Below are positions 43,252 to 54,357 of a DNA stretch of 64,000 nt, in pieces. How positions within the stretch are numbered: the first letter of the stretch is position 1; the number at the start of each line of letters is the position of its first letter. This stretch comes from Bigelowiella natans CCMP2755 (taxonomy: Eukaryota; Protista; Cercozoa), in NCBI GenBank assembly GCA_000320545.1, contig ADNK01002544.1, positions 62,001 to 126,000 on the forward strand, given 5' to 3'. A model generated the notes under the pieces. The model was not told the DNA's origin and did no database searches. It saw nothing but the letters and a program-made list of their open reading frames with translations. The position numbers and the translations under genes were made by a program.

Positions 43252-45377
43252 GTTACATATGTGCACAGTACAGATATTTCTTCTCTCTCTTTCCCTCACA
43301 GGTCAAGACTTGCTTGCACTTCTCACACTAAAGAGTACACCGGTAAGTAGCCGCCGGCTAAGCTGCTGTTGTTGCCCTCATTTCTCTCTCTCTCTCTCTC
43401 CCTCTTTCTCTCTCTTTATTGACACTTCTGGCGTCGTATGCCACGATATAGTGAAGCAATATATTCTAATCATCATCGTCATCACCATCATCGTCGTCGT
43501 CAGCGTCGTCATTGTAATCACCATCATCATACTCACCATAATCATTGGCGTTCTCCATCTCTCAGGTCTGGGTTCAAATATGCACGTACACGTACCCGCT
43601 ATTCGAGACACTGTCTTCGATTCCAATTTTCAGCATCATCATGCGCTACAACCTCGTAGAGAACAAAATGTACTATTTGCAATCATAGCAGTAGCGCCAC
43701 TAAAAAATTTCATTGTAGTCTCTCTCTTGCTCCCTTTCTCTCTCTTCTCTCTCTCTCTCTCTCTCTCTCTCATCCCCCCCTTCCTTTCGAGCGTGACGAT
43801 CTACATCAACCATCATTTGATGCAATACCATGATTTTACTACAATAGAGTGATAAATGCAATAATCAGACAACGAGTGAGCAAGATGTTTCTTTTCTTTT
43901 AACCCTGCATTGTTGTTCCATTGTTGTTGTGGTTGCATCGATCTGCATGGACATTCCATGTGACGTCGCCTTTAGATGCTCTTTCAAATGGGCGATTTTC
44001 TGGTCTGTTTGCCTCCCATGGTGAGTACGCGCTATTGCTATGATTACCTATACTATTCGTAGCAGTGTTGTTGTCATTTATTACTTAATTGAAATAATTA
44101 TTCATATCATTAGTATTGGTGTTACCACTTTAGCAGTAGTAGTAATCGTAGCGGTAGTCGTAAAAGTAGGCTAATACATACACACACATATATGTATTCG
44201 AGCTAATGCACACACACACACACACACACACATATGTAATTGAGAGTGTTGGCCGTGACCATTTCACACCATGGCGAAGACAGACGAAGATGAGCAGGAG
44301 GACCGCTCACATGCATGCTGCAACCGATGCCGTTTTACCCCCAGATCTGAGAAGCACATATCACGATTTAAACATGTAACACATGTGCTTTAATGATATT
44401 AGGGTTATTGCCCTTCCCTTCTATGCTGGCGACATGGTAATTGGTATGAGTAGAGCATGATGCTAGAAGAGAAGAGAGCCATATCCATAGGCAGGCAGGG
44501 AACAACATCCATAATTGGAATGCGTGGTTGACTTCACAGCAATACTCAAGTCGATGTGTAGTCTGCATTTCTATGTTTGAGTGGTATGCTCGTGTCTTTT
44601 CACTGTCGGGCCTCTTCCTCGTCCTCCTTTCATCGCCCCTTGTTTCTTTAGCATCGTCAGTTAGCATGCATTGGGGTTGCCATAGCACGCACTGTTGATT
44701 CGTGCAACCATCCATCGTGCGAGTAGGTCAATGCTATCGTGTCATGGACGGGTATTCTGATTGCAGGTGATAGCATCACTGACAGTAGCAACAACAACAA
44801 ACGGCAGCTACGACTGCTGCTACTGCTAGTGAGAGGCGTTGGATGATAAGACCAGAGAAAACATCTAGGATTTGTGTTTTTGCTTAATATAGTGGCAATA
44901 AACGGATTTATTATGCTATATCTTATCTACCACACAGGGCCTACGAATCTAATCATTCCTGCTTTGATATATCTCGCTGTCAGTAGAAAAAGGAAGGAGG
45001 TCACACCACCGTCATCACCATCATCATCAACATTCCACGTGCACTCTCTTCTTTCTCCTAGCAAACGACAAATACCCACAACGGCTCCATCGCTCGCACA
45101 CTCTTACGCACTCTACCAAAAAGGACAGCATACATCTTCAATAATCCTCATTTCTGATCGTATTTCTTGCTATAACAGTTGTTGTCGTCGTCAAGAAAGG
45201 CAGGGCGATCTCCCGCATCCAGTGCCCCTGCGCCACTTCTTCTCGACCGCAAGCGGCAGCACTATGAGGATGATGGTGACAACAATGATTTTGGAGACGA
45301 CGAGAAGAGACTCTTGGAAGACCCGCAGTAAGAATCTTCCTACCAACAAGCAACATGACAGACGATACCGAAGATGA
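38822..45377 (+). CDS. Amino-acid transporter (Aa_trans/AAAP family), multi-exon with long microsatellite-rich introns; 3' end uncertain
   Basis: Exons encode KTIGDWGSFVLLVNNMMSHGLVVMPLAYQ, SFGISFLAEAM|IPGNERFQGR, SNTSAIVLTAQ, IPFSLVDIRENM, VLFNFAYVVYAPAWINEK, SSIPIFSIIMRYNLVEN, WAIFWSVCLPW, PTNLIIPALIY. Confidence 0.8.
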
Positions 45378-45693
45378 ACATTAATACACGCAGGGCTTAC
45401 AAAACTCTATGCGTGTGTCTTTGTTTTTTTTTTTTACACACAGAAACTCCGAAGATGATGACGAGTATGATAGCTTCGCCCCGACAGGTGGGGAAGGCAG
45501 TATTTTGACTTCTATTATGTCGCATATTATAAGAAGAATAGCACAATATTGTTCCTATTACGAATAAACCGTAAGCAAACATACAACACACTTATAATAC
45601 GGGTTGCTATCACAGGGACAGTACATATAAATAATGTCACATTATGATTTCTATAGAGAAATAGATACATTTATAATATAATATAGAATACAA

Positions 45694-45726
<33 letters not shown>

Positions 45727-46736
45727 TGATATTAGTATCTTAATATATTGATTGTTGATAAATTATTTGTCACACGAAAAACACACTCTCACACACATTT
45801 GACCAATGCACAGCTCGTTCATCCTCCTCTTCGGAGTCATACGTGGCTTTACCAGTCGAGTGGGAAGTGACGAGGAAGCTGATGGCACATGGAATAATAG
45901 GTAGTAGCAACAAACACATTTGCACTACTAAGTCTTCACATCAACAACTGATAGCTGCGTCGTAGTCTAATCTATGTCTAAATAGGCAATTAATTCGCCT
46001 GTGAAAACGCAATTGCATGTGCACTCGGTGGTGTTGGGTTTTCCATGTGTTGTTGTCATCCTCTTCTTTCCCATCATCATCATCGTCATCATCATTGCAT
46101 GTTTGTGCTATTTGCAGCTGTGACTGCATCCGTGATGGTTTACGCTGCAACGTAAGTGCAAACAAACAATGAACACATTTTCCTTCAAAACCTTCATCAA
46201 CCACAATGTTGGAATGGCATCGCTAATGCAATTGCGCACATGTTTCGATACCGATTGTGCAGTGAAGAGAGAACGAACAAAATCCATCAAAGTTCAATTT
46301 GCACGATGTTGTTCACGTTTCTGAAAAATGGAATTTTGTGTCTTGAGAAGGAGAATTTGCTTGATTTTTCAGAGTGGAAGGGATTTACGGGGTGAAGAAG
46401 GAGTTTTGATTTGCACCCGTGAGCAGCGCATCGAAAAAAATCACCTTGAACACCGTTCACATTTGCCACCGCCAATTGGTGTTCATTTGCACATTCAACA
46501 TGCACCATGCACAGAAAATGGCACACGAGAAACTAGGAAAGCACACGAAAGCTCGTCCGTGCTGGCTAGCTGGCGTGCAGCATGCAACTGACGTGCAGAC
46601 TGCAGACTTCCACGCGCATGCAACACCAGTCGGACAAACCCATCTGTTTGGCCCGCAGTGCGAACGGCAAATGCCAGGTGGCAGCCAAGCAATGCGTCCA
46701 ACGTGCGTGCAACGTTTTGGGACCAAGTTTGAACGC

Positions 46737-47121
46737 TTTTGCACTGATTTTGCTTGTCTGCTCCAGTGCTCTTCAATGACCAGATGATTGCATCAACGAC
46801 AAACCACCACCTGCAATTGTGGTGTCCACGTTCAAGGAGGCTGTCGAAATGGAAAAGCACTTTGTCACTGAGTCTCCACCGTGTGAATCACTTGGCATGA
46901 ACTCAAACCTGGTGAAAGAATGCATCGAATTCTCAGCTGACAGCAGGTCATTGCAGAAATTGGGATGCGATGAAGTGCACAACACCAGCAACCCACTTGA
47001 CTTTGTGGAAAAAGCAAGCCTTGAAGGTGAGACCAACTTCTTCGAGCATCGACCCACTCAACATCAGTTGGCCACAGCAGCTGATGAGGGTGCAGACCTT
47101 GAACGTGGTGAGGATTTCCAA
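46737..47121 (+). pseudogene. Ribonucleotide reductase small subunit (R2) C-terminal part, intronless, hypermutated
   Basis: CTDFACLL...KEAVEMEKHFVTESPPCESLGMNSNLVKECIEFSAD..LQKLGCDEVHNTSNPLDFVEKASLEGETNFFEHRPTQHQ...EDF matches the class Ia R2 C-terminus; the expected stop after EDF reads CAA. Confidence 0.9.
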
Positions 47122-47306
47122 CACAGCCGAAAGGTCTTCCATTCGCACGTGTTCTTCTCGGCTCGGCTGGACCACCTTCAGGAGAAGTTTGGGAAAAATC
47201 GTGTCCGTTGCTGGGGATGTGATGTCCCCGATGTGCGGTCACGACTTTTGTTTTGGGAAAAACACCAATGTCATCACAACTGTCACTTTCCACACGTTTG
47301 CCCAAA

Positions 47307-47379
47307 AAAATTGGCACGTTTGAAAACACAAAATTGGCACACTTGAAAGTGCAAAATTGGCACACTTGGGAGTGCAAAA
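47307..47379. repeat. Three tandem 23-bp repeats
   Basis: AAAATTGGCACGTTTGAAAACAC / AAAATTGGCACACTTGAAAGTGC / AAAATTGGCACACTTGGGAGTGC. Confidence 0.85.
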
Positions 47380-48130
47380 GACACGTGTGGCAAAAACGCC
47401 CAAACGAAGTGACAAATCGATCGATTTTTTGGAGGTTCTCGTTTTTTTTTGGTGAAAACGTGGCACGGAGAAAACGGAGAAAAAGCAGAAAACGCTCATC
47501 CAGAATTCCAGAACCTTCCACTGCGCACCGACAAACGACATCCTGCCCTCCAGCTGCCACAAACATTGACACTTTCCACGCGAAGACCTGAAAGCAAACG
47601 GTGTGAAACACAACGGTGTCGTGTTCCCGTTCCAATCTCCACGTTTTTTCCTTTCAGGTGAGTGAAAAGTCCACTGCTGAAGAAAAAAACAGCAAATCTC
47701 CCACTCCTGAACAAGCAAACGACAAGAAAGTGAGCAAAAAAGGACACGATTGGTCTCGTTGTGTTGGCAAGGGCAGGGTCCAGTTTGGACATTGGGAAGA
47801 CTTGCCAAAGATTGACGGCTCGGTGAACGATTTTTTGCTGTGGACCAAACGTCACGCAAACGTGACCGGAAGGACGTCGAGTTCATCCACGATGCTTGAT
47901 TGCCTTGCGAAGAACTTCACAAGAAGACCAACACCAGCACTGGAGGTGTCAAGAAGAAGAAGTTCTGCAAAGTGCTCGCCTGCTTTTCGATGGATGGTTT
48001 TCGTGGCATCACAAAAAGTGTCGAACACAAACACCACGTGTGCGACTGTTTCCTCCAAGTCATCACGCTCGGACGTGAGTGCAGGGTGAAGTTTCTCCTT
48101 GGGCGTGCGGACTGTTTGGAACGTCTGAAC

Positions 48131-48255
48131 GATGACAACAGCTCCGATTCCGATGTCGACGGCTCCCATTGCTTCGGGGGTTCTTTTGCACTCTTCCAGA
48201 GTGACAACAGCTCTGATTCCGATGTCGACGGCTTTTGTGGCTTCGGGGGTTCCTT
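48131..48255. repeat. Tandem duplication with 69-bp period in a degenerate ORF (DNSSDSDVDG x2)
   Basis: GACAACAGCTC[C/T]GATTCCGATGTCGACGGC...GCTTCGGGGGTTC at 48134 and 48203. Confidence 0.8.
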
Positions 48256-51200
48256 GGCTTCGGGGATTTTTTTGAGGACGAGGATGAGGTTGAGACACTC
48301 GACCCAAGTGTGAACGGAACACCACTCAAGGCGAAAAGGAAGAGAGTGGAAGACAAGGACGAGGACAAACACGAGGACGAGAACGAGTCTGAGGATGACA
48401 ACCTGGTCAGCCCTCACGTTGGAGTTTGGAGGAGACGGCCCTGGTGCCATCTCCGTTGCGCGAGAGAAAAGACACGTGATTGATGAGGAGTGAGTTCACA
48501 GAGGTGCCCACCCTCCAACAGGCCCAGCCAGCTGGCCAGTTCCTGTCACTCCAGGAAGGGCACTGCCCTCCTGGTGCCCACTCGTTCTCTCGCGTGTTGC
48601 AAGACTTTGACCCCTGAGTCCAGTGAGTGGAGCAAACAGTGGAACAGGTCGTGATTTCGTGCACGAAACGTGCAGAAGTGCACGAAGACACAGGCCAAGG
48701 TGGCTCGCCCACCTGCAGCCTGTGCACCGTGAAACTTGAAGAGGTCAAGGATCCACGTGAAGTCCACAGGTGAGGGGTCCGTTCACCTGTGCGGCTCCCA
48801 TCGGCCGCACAGGCACCTTGAAGTGAGGACAACACTTCCAGTGGGTGCTCGTGGACTGTGACTGAAAACGACAAGTCCTTTGCGGGTTCTTCCTTCTCCC
48901 CCCCCTTGCCTTTTGATTTTTGAACCAAAGCAAGGAAAGGGAGTCCCGTGAAAGTGACCAATCCCCCTCCCCCCACCCTCCCCACTGAGGATCACCTGCA
49001 AGCTCGTGGGGGGCGACGTTGTTCAGCTCGCTCAGTGTGTTTTGCACGAGCGCTGTCGTGAGTTCGCACTTTCGTTCACCGTTGCGCTGCAACAAAGAGG
49101 TGCCCTCTTTCGGAGGAACAAAACAACCCAGCACCAACGTTTTGTTCTCGAAGGAGCGACCTCCGAAGCTCGCACCTCTTGCCACTTTGGGACAAAACTC
49201 CAAACTTGCAGCTGTTTTTCCCAACGATGGCAACTGTTGAAACAGCTGCACTTGCTGGCTTGCACTCACGACCCCCTCCCACAAGGGTGCTCCCTTGTCG
49301 TCCGTGTTCGAACTTTCAAACTTGACAAGAGGAAAAAAGGGAAGCGTGGCGGGCTTTGAAGGGGTTCGTGCGCAGCTGGTGTGAGCTGCAGGACTTCAAT
49401 CCTGGTGAGCTGTGTCGTGCACAGAGCAGTTTTTCGTTGCGATGACAACGCACGCATGCGCGTGCGTGCGCGTTGTGTCGTGGTTTTTGCCTGCTCTGTC
49501 CACACGAGCAACACTGAAACAGTTCTTCTCAGTGACTGAGCTGGTGAGGTCACGTGTTTTTGCCTCTCACCACGAGAGCGCACCACTGAAGGCGTTGCAC
49601 ATCGTGCTGCACACGCGTGCCACACTTCGCAACTTGTTGACAACAAGTTGAGAGGAAGGGCAGCGTGTCAGAACGCTGAGAGTCCATGGCCCGAAGTGTG
49701 CAGCTGCGACGTGCAGCCAGCGGGCGTTCGCCGAAGTGCGACAAGCGGCTGCGTGTGCAAGCAGCGGCAAGCAGGAGCACAGGGCAAGCACGCCAGTGCG
49801 ACGTGGCAGCACAACGTCGTGCAAGGCACTGTGCTGCGACACGTGGCCACTGGTTCACTTGCTCTGGCAGCACGCGTGCAAACCGTGCTGCACGCGCGTG
49901 CAGCTGCGTCCTCCTTGAACACAGAACTGAGACCGCCCACCAGCCGCCCTGCACCTGCTGTTTGCTCCAGTGCTTGCCAGCTGGCCGCCCACGCATCGCC
50001 ACCTGCGCTGATCGTCCAACAAGAGCGCCAAGGAACCTGGTGCTGACGACCAAGGAGGTCCAGAGGCGTGAAGGTTCACAGCGGTTGACACCAGCGTGTG
50101 GTTGTGACCGATGCGCGTGCGTGCACGCTCCACCTCACAGGAGAACGCCAAGGAGCCTGTTTCCCGCGTGCAGGCAGTCGACGCGCAATTGCACCAAACG
50201 AAGGTCGTGAGTGCGTTGGCTGCTCCGCGTGAGGGCGGATTTGGGAACTTGCATGAACTTTGGCAAAGTCCTCCAATTCACTTTTTCACCTTTTTTTTCA
50301 CCCAAACTTTCCCCCGCACTTTGGGTTTTCGCACACTGACCCTTCCACGTCTCAACCAGGACCAGAGGCAACGTGGAGGGCGGGGAGCACACGGAGGATG
50401 TTGAGGGCATGAAAGTGGACGTGGCCATGGACCGCTGCCAACACCGAAAACAGACTCGAAAGTCTTTGGTGGACGAGGTCAGGAACTTCGAGAGTGTCGC
50501 ACAGCGGAAGGTCGCAAAACAACTCTTTCTCCATTGAAGGAAAAGTCAGGACGAGCTTCAAGCAAAGAAGTGGGAAATCACGTGGCAATCCACGGCCTCT
50601 GGTGGCCACTTTGGAGCCTTCCGGCCCAGCCCCCAGGCCCACCAGGGCGGCCAGTGGGACTGAGCCCGATGCCAGTTGAAGGCCCAGGACCCCCCCTTCC
50701 CCCCCCGAGCTCTCACCCCTGGAGAGGCATTGTGCGACCCAAAGGACCAAGCTGGCAAGCCCCCTCGCACTTTTTCGGCCAAACCTTTGGCTTGGCGACA
50801 CAAAACTTGTCGTCGCCCATCCAAGGCGGGTGAGGAGTGAACTCGGACCCCTTTTCGTGCAATTGCAGGGAAAAACGACACCTCCTTGACAAAGTTGGCC
50901 CCCCCTGCAGCCAGGGTGCTCGAGTTGTGCAACGGCTTTTCCTTTTGGTCTCCTTCGACACGCGAGGAGCACCCCCCAAAAAAAGTTGAGAGAGACGATG
51001 CTCCACTCTGTCGAGTTTTCAGCCTCCCACGGATCGTCCCTCCACGGCTCCCCTGAGCTGCACGTTGAGACCCGGAGTCGGCCCCGTGTCCTCACGTGGC
51101 ACCTCCAAGTTCGTGCTTGACGACCTCCAACTCTCCCCAACCGTTGCAGCGTCGTGGTTGTCGACGTTGGAGAGTTTGGACCGCCCAGGATCGTGTCGAG

Positions 51201-51899
51201 CGAGCCAGGTTTCCCCTTCCGTCGACAGGATGATCGGCTCCCTGGCTGTCGCGGAAGGAAGACTCCTCTCTCACCAGGCGGGAAAGCCACGATTTTTGTC
51301 TTTTTTGGCAGGAAAGTTGGTTTCGAAAAACTCTTGGGGGCCTTCCTGAGAACCCCCTGCACCCCCGGTGGGTGTTCTTGGTGTTCCCAAGTTGCTGGGG
51401 GTCAGTTCTGAGCGTTGGAACCGCTCAACTTTGGTGGGAGGCCTTTTCTTGCACTTCGCTGTTTGACAAAAACCGGCACCTTGGCTGATCACTTGTTCCT
51501 TGCGTGGGTGCAACTTGGAACTTCCTGGTGTCTCCACCGTGCCAGCGTGCTCGTTGCACTTCTCCACGTCGGTCGGCTGGTCGGGTGGGCCACGGTGCTG
51601 TTTTCGTTCTCAGTTTGCGCTTCCTTTGCGCACGTTGCACTCGGTTCTGGGTGCTCTGGTGCTGGTCTGCACCGTTTTGCTCGTGAAGCGGCAGCAGTCG
51701 GAAACGTCCGAGAGGTCTTGTTGTGCCTCCCACTCACTTGGTTGTTCGTCGTGTGTTCGCCTGCACTGCGTCGCTTTTTGAGTGAGCCTGCCGTGCACAG
51801 CGCCTTGGCAGCGTTGCTCCTCGTTGCAAAAGTTGTGTTCAACGTGCTGAGTCCTGGTTTGCTGTTCCTTCCCTTGTCAGCGCGACGTTTGCAGGGACA

Positions 51900-52810
51900 G
51901 TGTCACAAGGAACGCACGTGCCAGCACCCGAGTCACTTCTCACGAGAAACTGCCTGGACTCCACCGGTTTGCCTCGCAACGAGCAAGCCGCCAACGACAA
52001 GCCTCGTTCAAACTGGGTTCGTCACCAACAACGGGCGCGCGCGTGTGAGAGGCACGCGTTCACTCACTGTCGAGGTGAACCAGTCACCACCGAGTTGCAA
52101 CTCGGACTTGCACTGCGGATGCCAGCTGGTGCATCGTGTCTCGACATTGCCACAACGTTCAAGGTGCACGAATCCGCAGTGCACAAAACTCCTTGGAGGG
52201 TGGTCGTTGCGTTGTGCAACGAGCACTCCATCGAGTTCCCTCTTGGAGAACTCGATGCCCTTCGACACACAAAAACTGAACTCCGCAGCCGTTCTGAGCT
52301 GGAGTGCTTGGAAGGCTGTGTCGGGTGCACGGACGGTTTGCTGACGAAGGTGAGGAAGCAAGGGCAGTCTGAAACGTGTGCAAGCAAGCGCTTTCGAAGC
52401 CGCAAAGGCTTCGACGCTTTGAACTGCCAAGCCGTTTGCGACGCCCACGGAAGGTTCACTTTGTTCGAGACTTGTGGTGCTGGATCGCAATCCGATGCAC
52501 AAGTGTTCAAATCCGTGGAGTTGAAGAGAGCTCTGTTGGACTCGAAGCTGCTTCCTGGTGGGTTTTGGGTCACTGGCGACGCTGCACGCCCGGCCTCTGA
52601 GTTTTTGGTCGGTCCGCATTCCGATGCGGATGCCAAAGACCCAAAGGCTGACAACTTCAACTGGGCACAGAGCCAATTGCGAATCCGCATCGAAGTGGCG
52701 TTCGGCGGCAAGTTGGTCGGGCGCTTCGGCGTCCTTTAGAAGCCCACTCGAGTGGATCACGCGAGAGCTTCGCTCGTCGCAATGGCTTGTGCGAAATCGC
52801 ACAACGCTGG
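51900..52810 (+). pseudogene. PIF/Harbinger-type DDE transposase (DDE_Tnp_4), hypermutated
   Basis: LALRMPAGASCLDI, GCVGCTDG, RKGFDALNCQAVCDA, GSQSDAQVF, GDAAR (GDAAY), NFNWAQSQLRIRIEVAFG, RFGVL*, CAKSHN. Confidence 0.9.
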
Positions 52811-53194
52811 AACGTCACAATCACGTGCGACTTGGAGCACCAACAGCACCACTGCGATCACAAAAAAAACACGCACGTGAGAACTCCTTGGGACTTGGTC
52901 GGCGAAATCATCGACGATGACCACGTCAGTCGCGGTCGATTTGTCCCAAGGAGGAGAGCAGGGCCACGCTTGCACCTGTGTCAAACAAACACGGTGGCCC
53001 GATGGAGCTTTTGAAGGACGTTTGGTTCCACGCTGCAAGCCATCGTCACTGCCACCTGAGGGAAAGGTTGAAACAGGGGGTCTGCGACTTGGGCGTGGTC
53101 CGACCCTCAAGCAGCGTTGAGCATCGATCCAAAACCAATGGCACCACCACTGCTGCTGCTGACGAGGGATGATCGACTCAGCTGGTCAGGCACA

Positions 53195-53375
53195 ACCGAG
53201 CTGCCAGCGTGGCGGGCTGCAGCAGCAGCCTCGAACACCGTTTCGATGACGTTGCGACGACAGCTGCTGCTGCAGCGAGCGGCGGCAGCAGCCTCAAGTG
53301 CAGTTTGAACGATGTCGTTTCGCTGTGTCAGTGACAGCTTCCAGTGAGCGGCAGCAGCAGCCTCGAACATCGTTC
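53195..53375. repeat. Three degenerate tandem units containing GCAGCAGCAGCCTC
   Basis: The minus-strand translation repeats EAAAAA three times at ~65-70 bp spacing. Confidence 0.6.
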
Positions 53376-53630
53376 AACGGAAGTGATCGGAAATCCTCGG
53401 GCTGCGTCGTTTTCACCTTGCCGCTGAGGACAGCCGATCCAACTCTCAACGTCAGGTTTCTGACTCCTGGTGCACTTGTCCCGAGACAGCTGCACCAACT
53501 TCTTGACACCCAGGCTCGAACAGCCCTGTGGTTCGGGTTGGCCTCCAACACGTCCAGACGTCAGCGAACCGCTGCAACACCGAACTCGTCAGCACCTTGC
53601 CTCTCCTGTGAAAAGTGCAACTTTGAACAC

Positions 53631-53701
53631 TGCGCCCACCGGGAATTGAACCCGGGACACTTGCTTGGAAGGCAAGTGTGTTGCCACTGCACCACGAGCG
53701 C
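53631..53701 (-). tRNA. tRNA-Gly(TCC), hypermutated, probably a pseudogene
   Basis: GCGCTCGTGGTGCAGTGGCAACACACTTGCCTTCCAAGCAAGTGTCCCGGGTTCAATTCCCGGTGGGCGCA: cloverleaf with anticodon TCC; D-arm reads GTGCAGTGGCAACAC where GTGTAGTGGTAACAC is expected. Confidence 0.8.
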
Positions 53702-53872
53702 TTGTTTTGTGTTGCACGTGTGCACGTGGACGCGTGTGCACACACAAGTTTCGAACACTGCTCACGAGAAAAACACAAGGGAAAAGGTTGCACTGTGTCC
53801 ACGAGGTCGACCTTCGGTCCACTTGACGGCACTTGGCTGCCGATGGCTTGCAAGCTTCGTTGTGCTTCAAAA

Positions 53873-54051
53873 CTGGAGGAGGCCGTGATGGGTCTCGAGG
53901 CCTTGTGGACAGGAGTCTGCGTGTGAGACTCACTCTCGTCCAGCGAGCGAAGAGTGGCACTTGTGTCCAGTGGCACGTTCGATGACGTCACCTGTTCTTG
54001 GTGCAGGTGCCTGGACTTTCTTCACGACGCGGTTGTGCCGGTTGAAGTTGC
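53873..54051 (-). pseudogene. Inverted, hypermutated RT fragment of the Gypsy family at 54770-60485
   Basis: Reverse complement aligns with 57492-57665 (SLDESESHTQTPVHKASRPITASSS vs SLDKNESYMQTPIHKTSRPITAFSS). Confidence 0.85.
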
Positions 54052-54357
54052 AGGTCAAGTGAACAAGTCAAGTTTGGTGTTGACCTGCGTTGGGTGTGGA
54101 AAAGTGAGGAAAAGGAAGAGAGCACAAAGAACTGTGAAGGAGAGGGACAGGAAGTCCTTCGAGTGCAGCTGCCCTTCTTGCTTGAGGCTGCTTCACAGCG
54201 ACAACCGAGTCGAAGTCACCCACGTGGGTTCCTTTGTCGTCGTTCTTGTCGTTGTCATCGTTGTCATTGCACGTTCCCGTCGTCGTCGACACCAATTCCC
54301 TTTGCACCAGCAGTGAGCAGCAGCAGCGTCCGTTGAGACACAGCAGCGTGCAGAGGT

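Larger units (their letters stand above)
2461..45730. repeat. Numerous microsatellites in host introns and intergenic DNA: (TA)n, (CA)n, (GA)n, (TAG/CTA)n, (CAT)n, (GAA)n, (GAG)n
   Basis: Examples: (GAA)n ~3441-3477, (CA)n ~5514-5547, (GA)n ~5821-5853, (TA)n ~6802-6833, 7656-7688, 15612-15642 and 30332-30363, (CAT)n ~27601-27632. Confidence 0.95.

Noticed and set aside
28253-43852. ORFs with poly-Y, poly-T, HTHT, CVCV, IYIY or SLSL runs
   Set aside because: Translations of intronic microsatellites.
47307-47379. CRISPR-like array
   Set aside because: Head-to-tail 23-bp units with no unique spacers and no cas genes, in a eukaryotic context.
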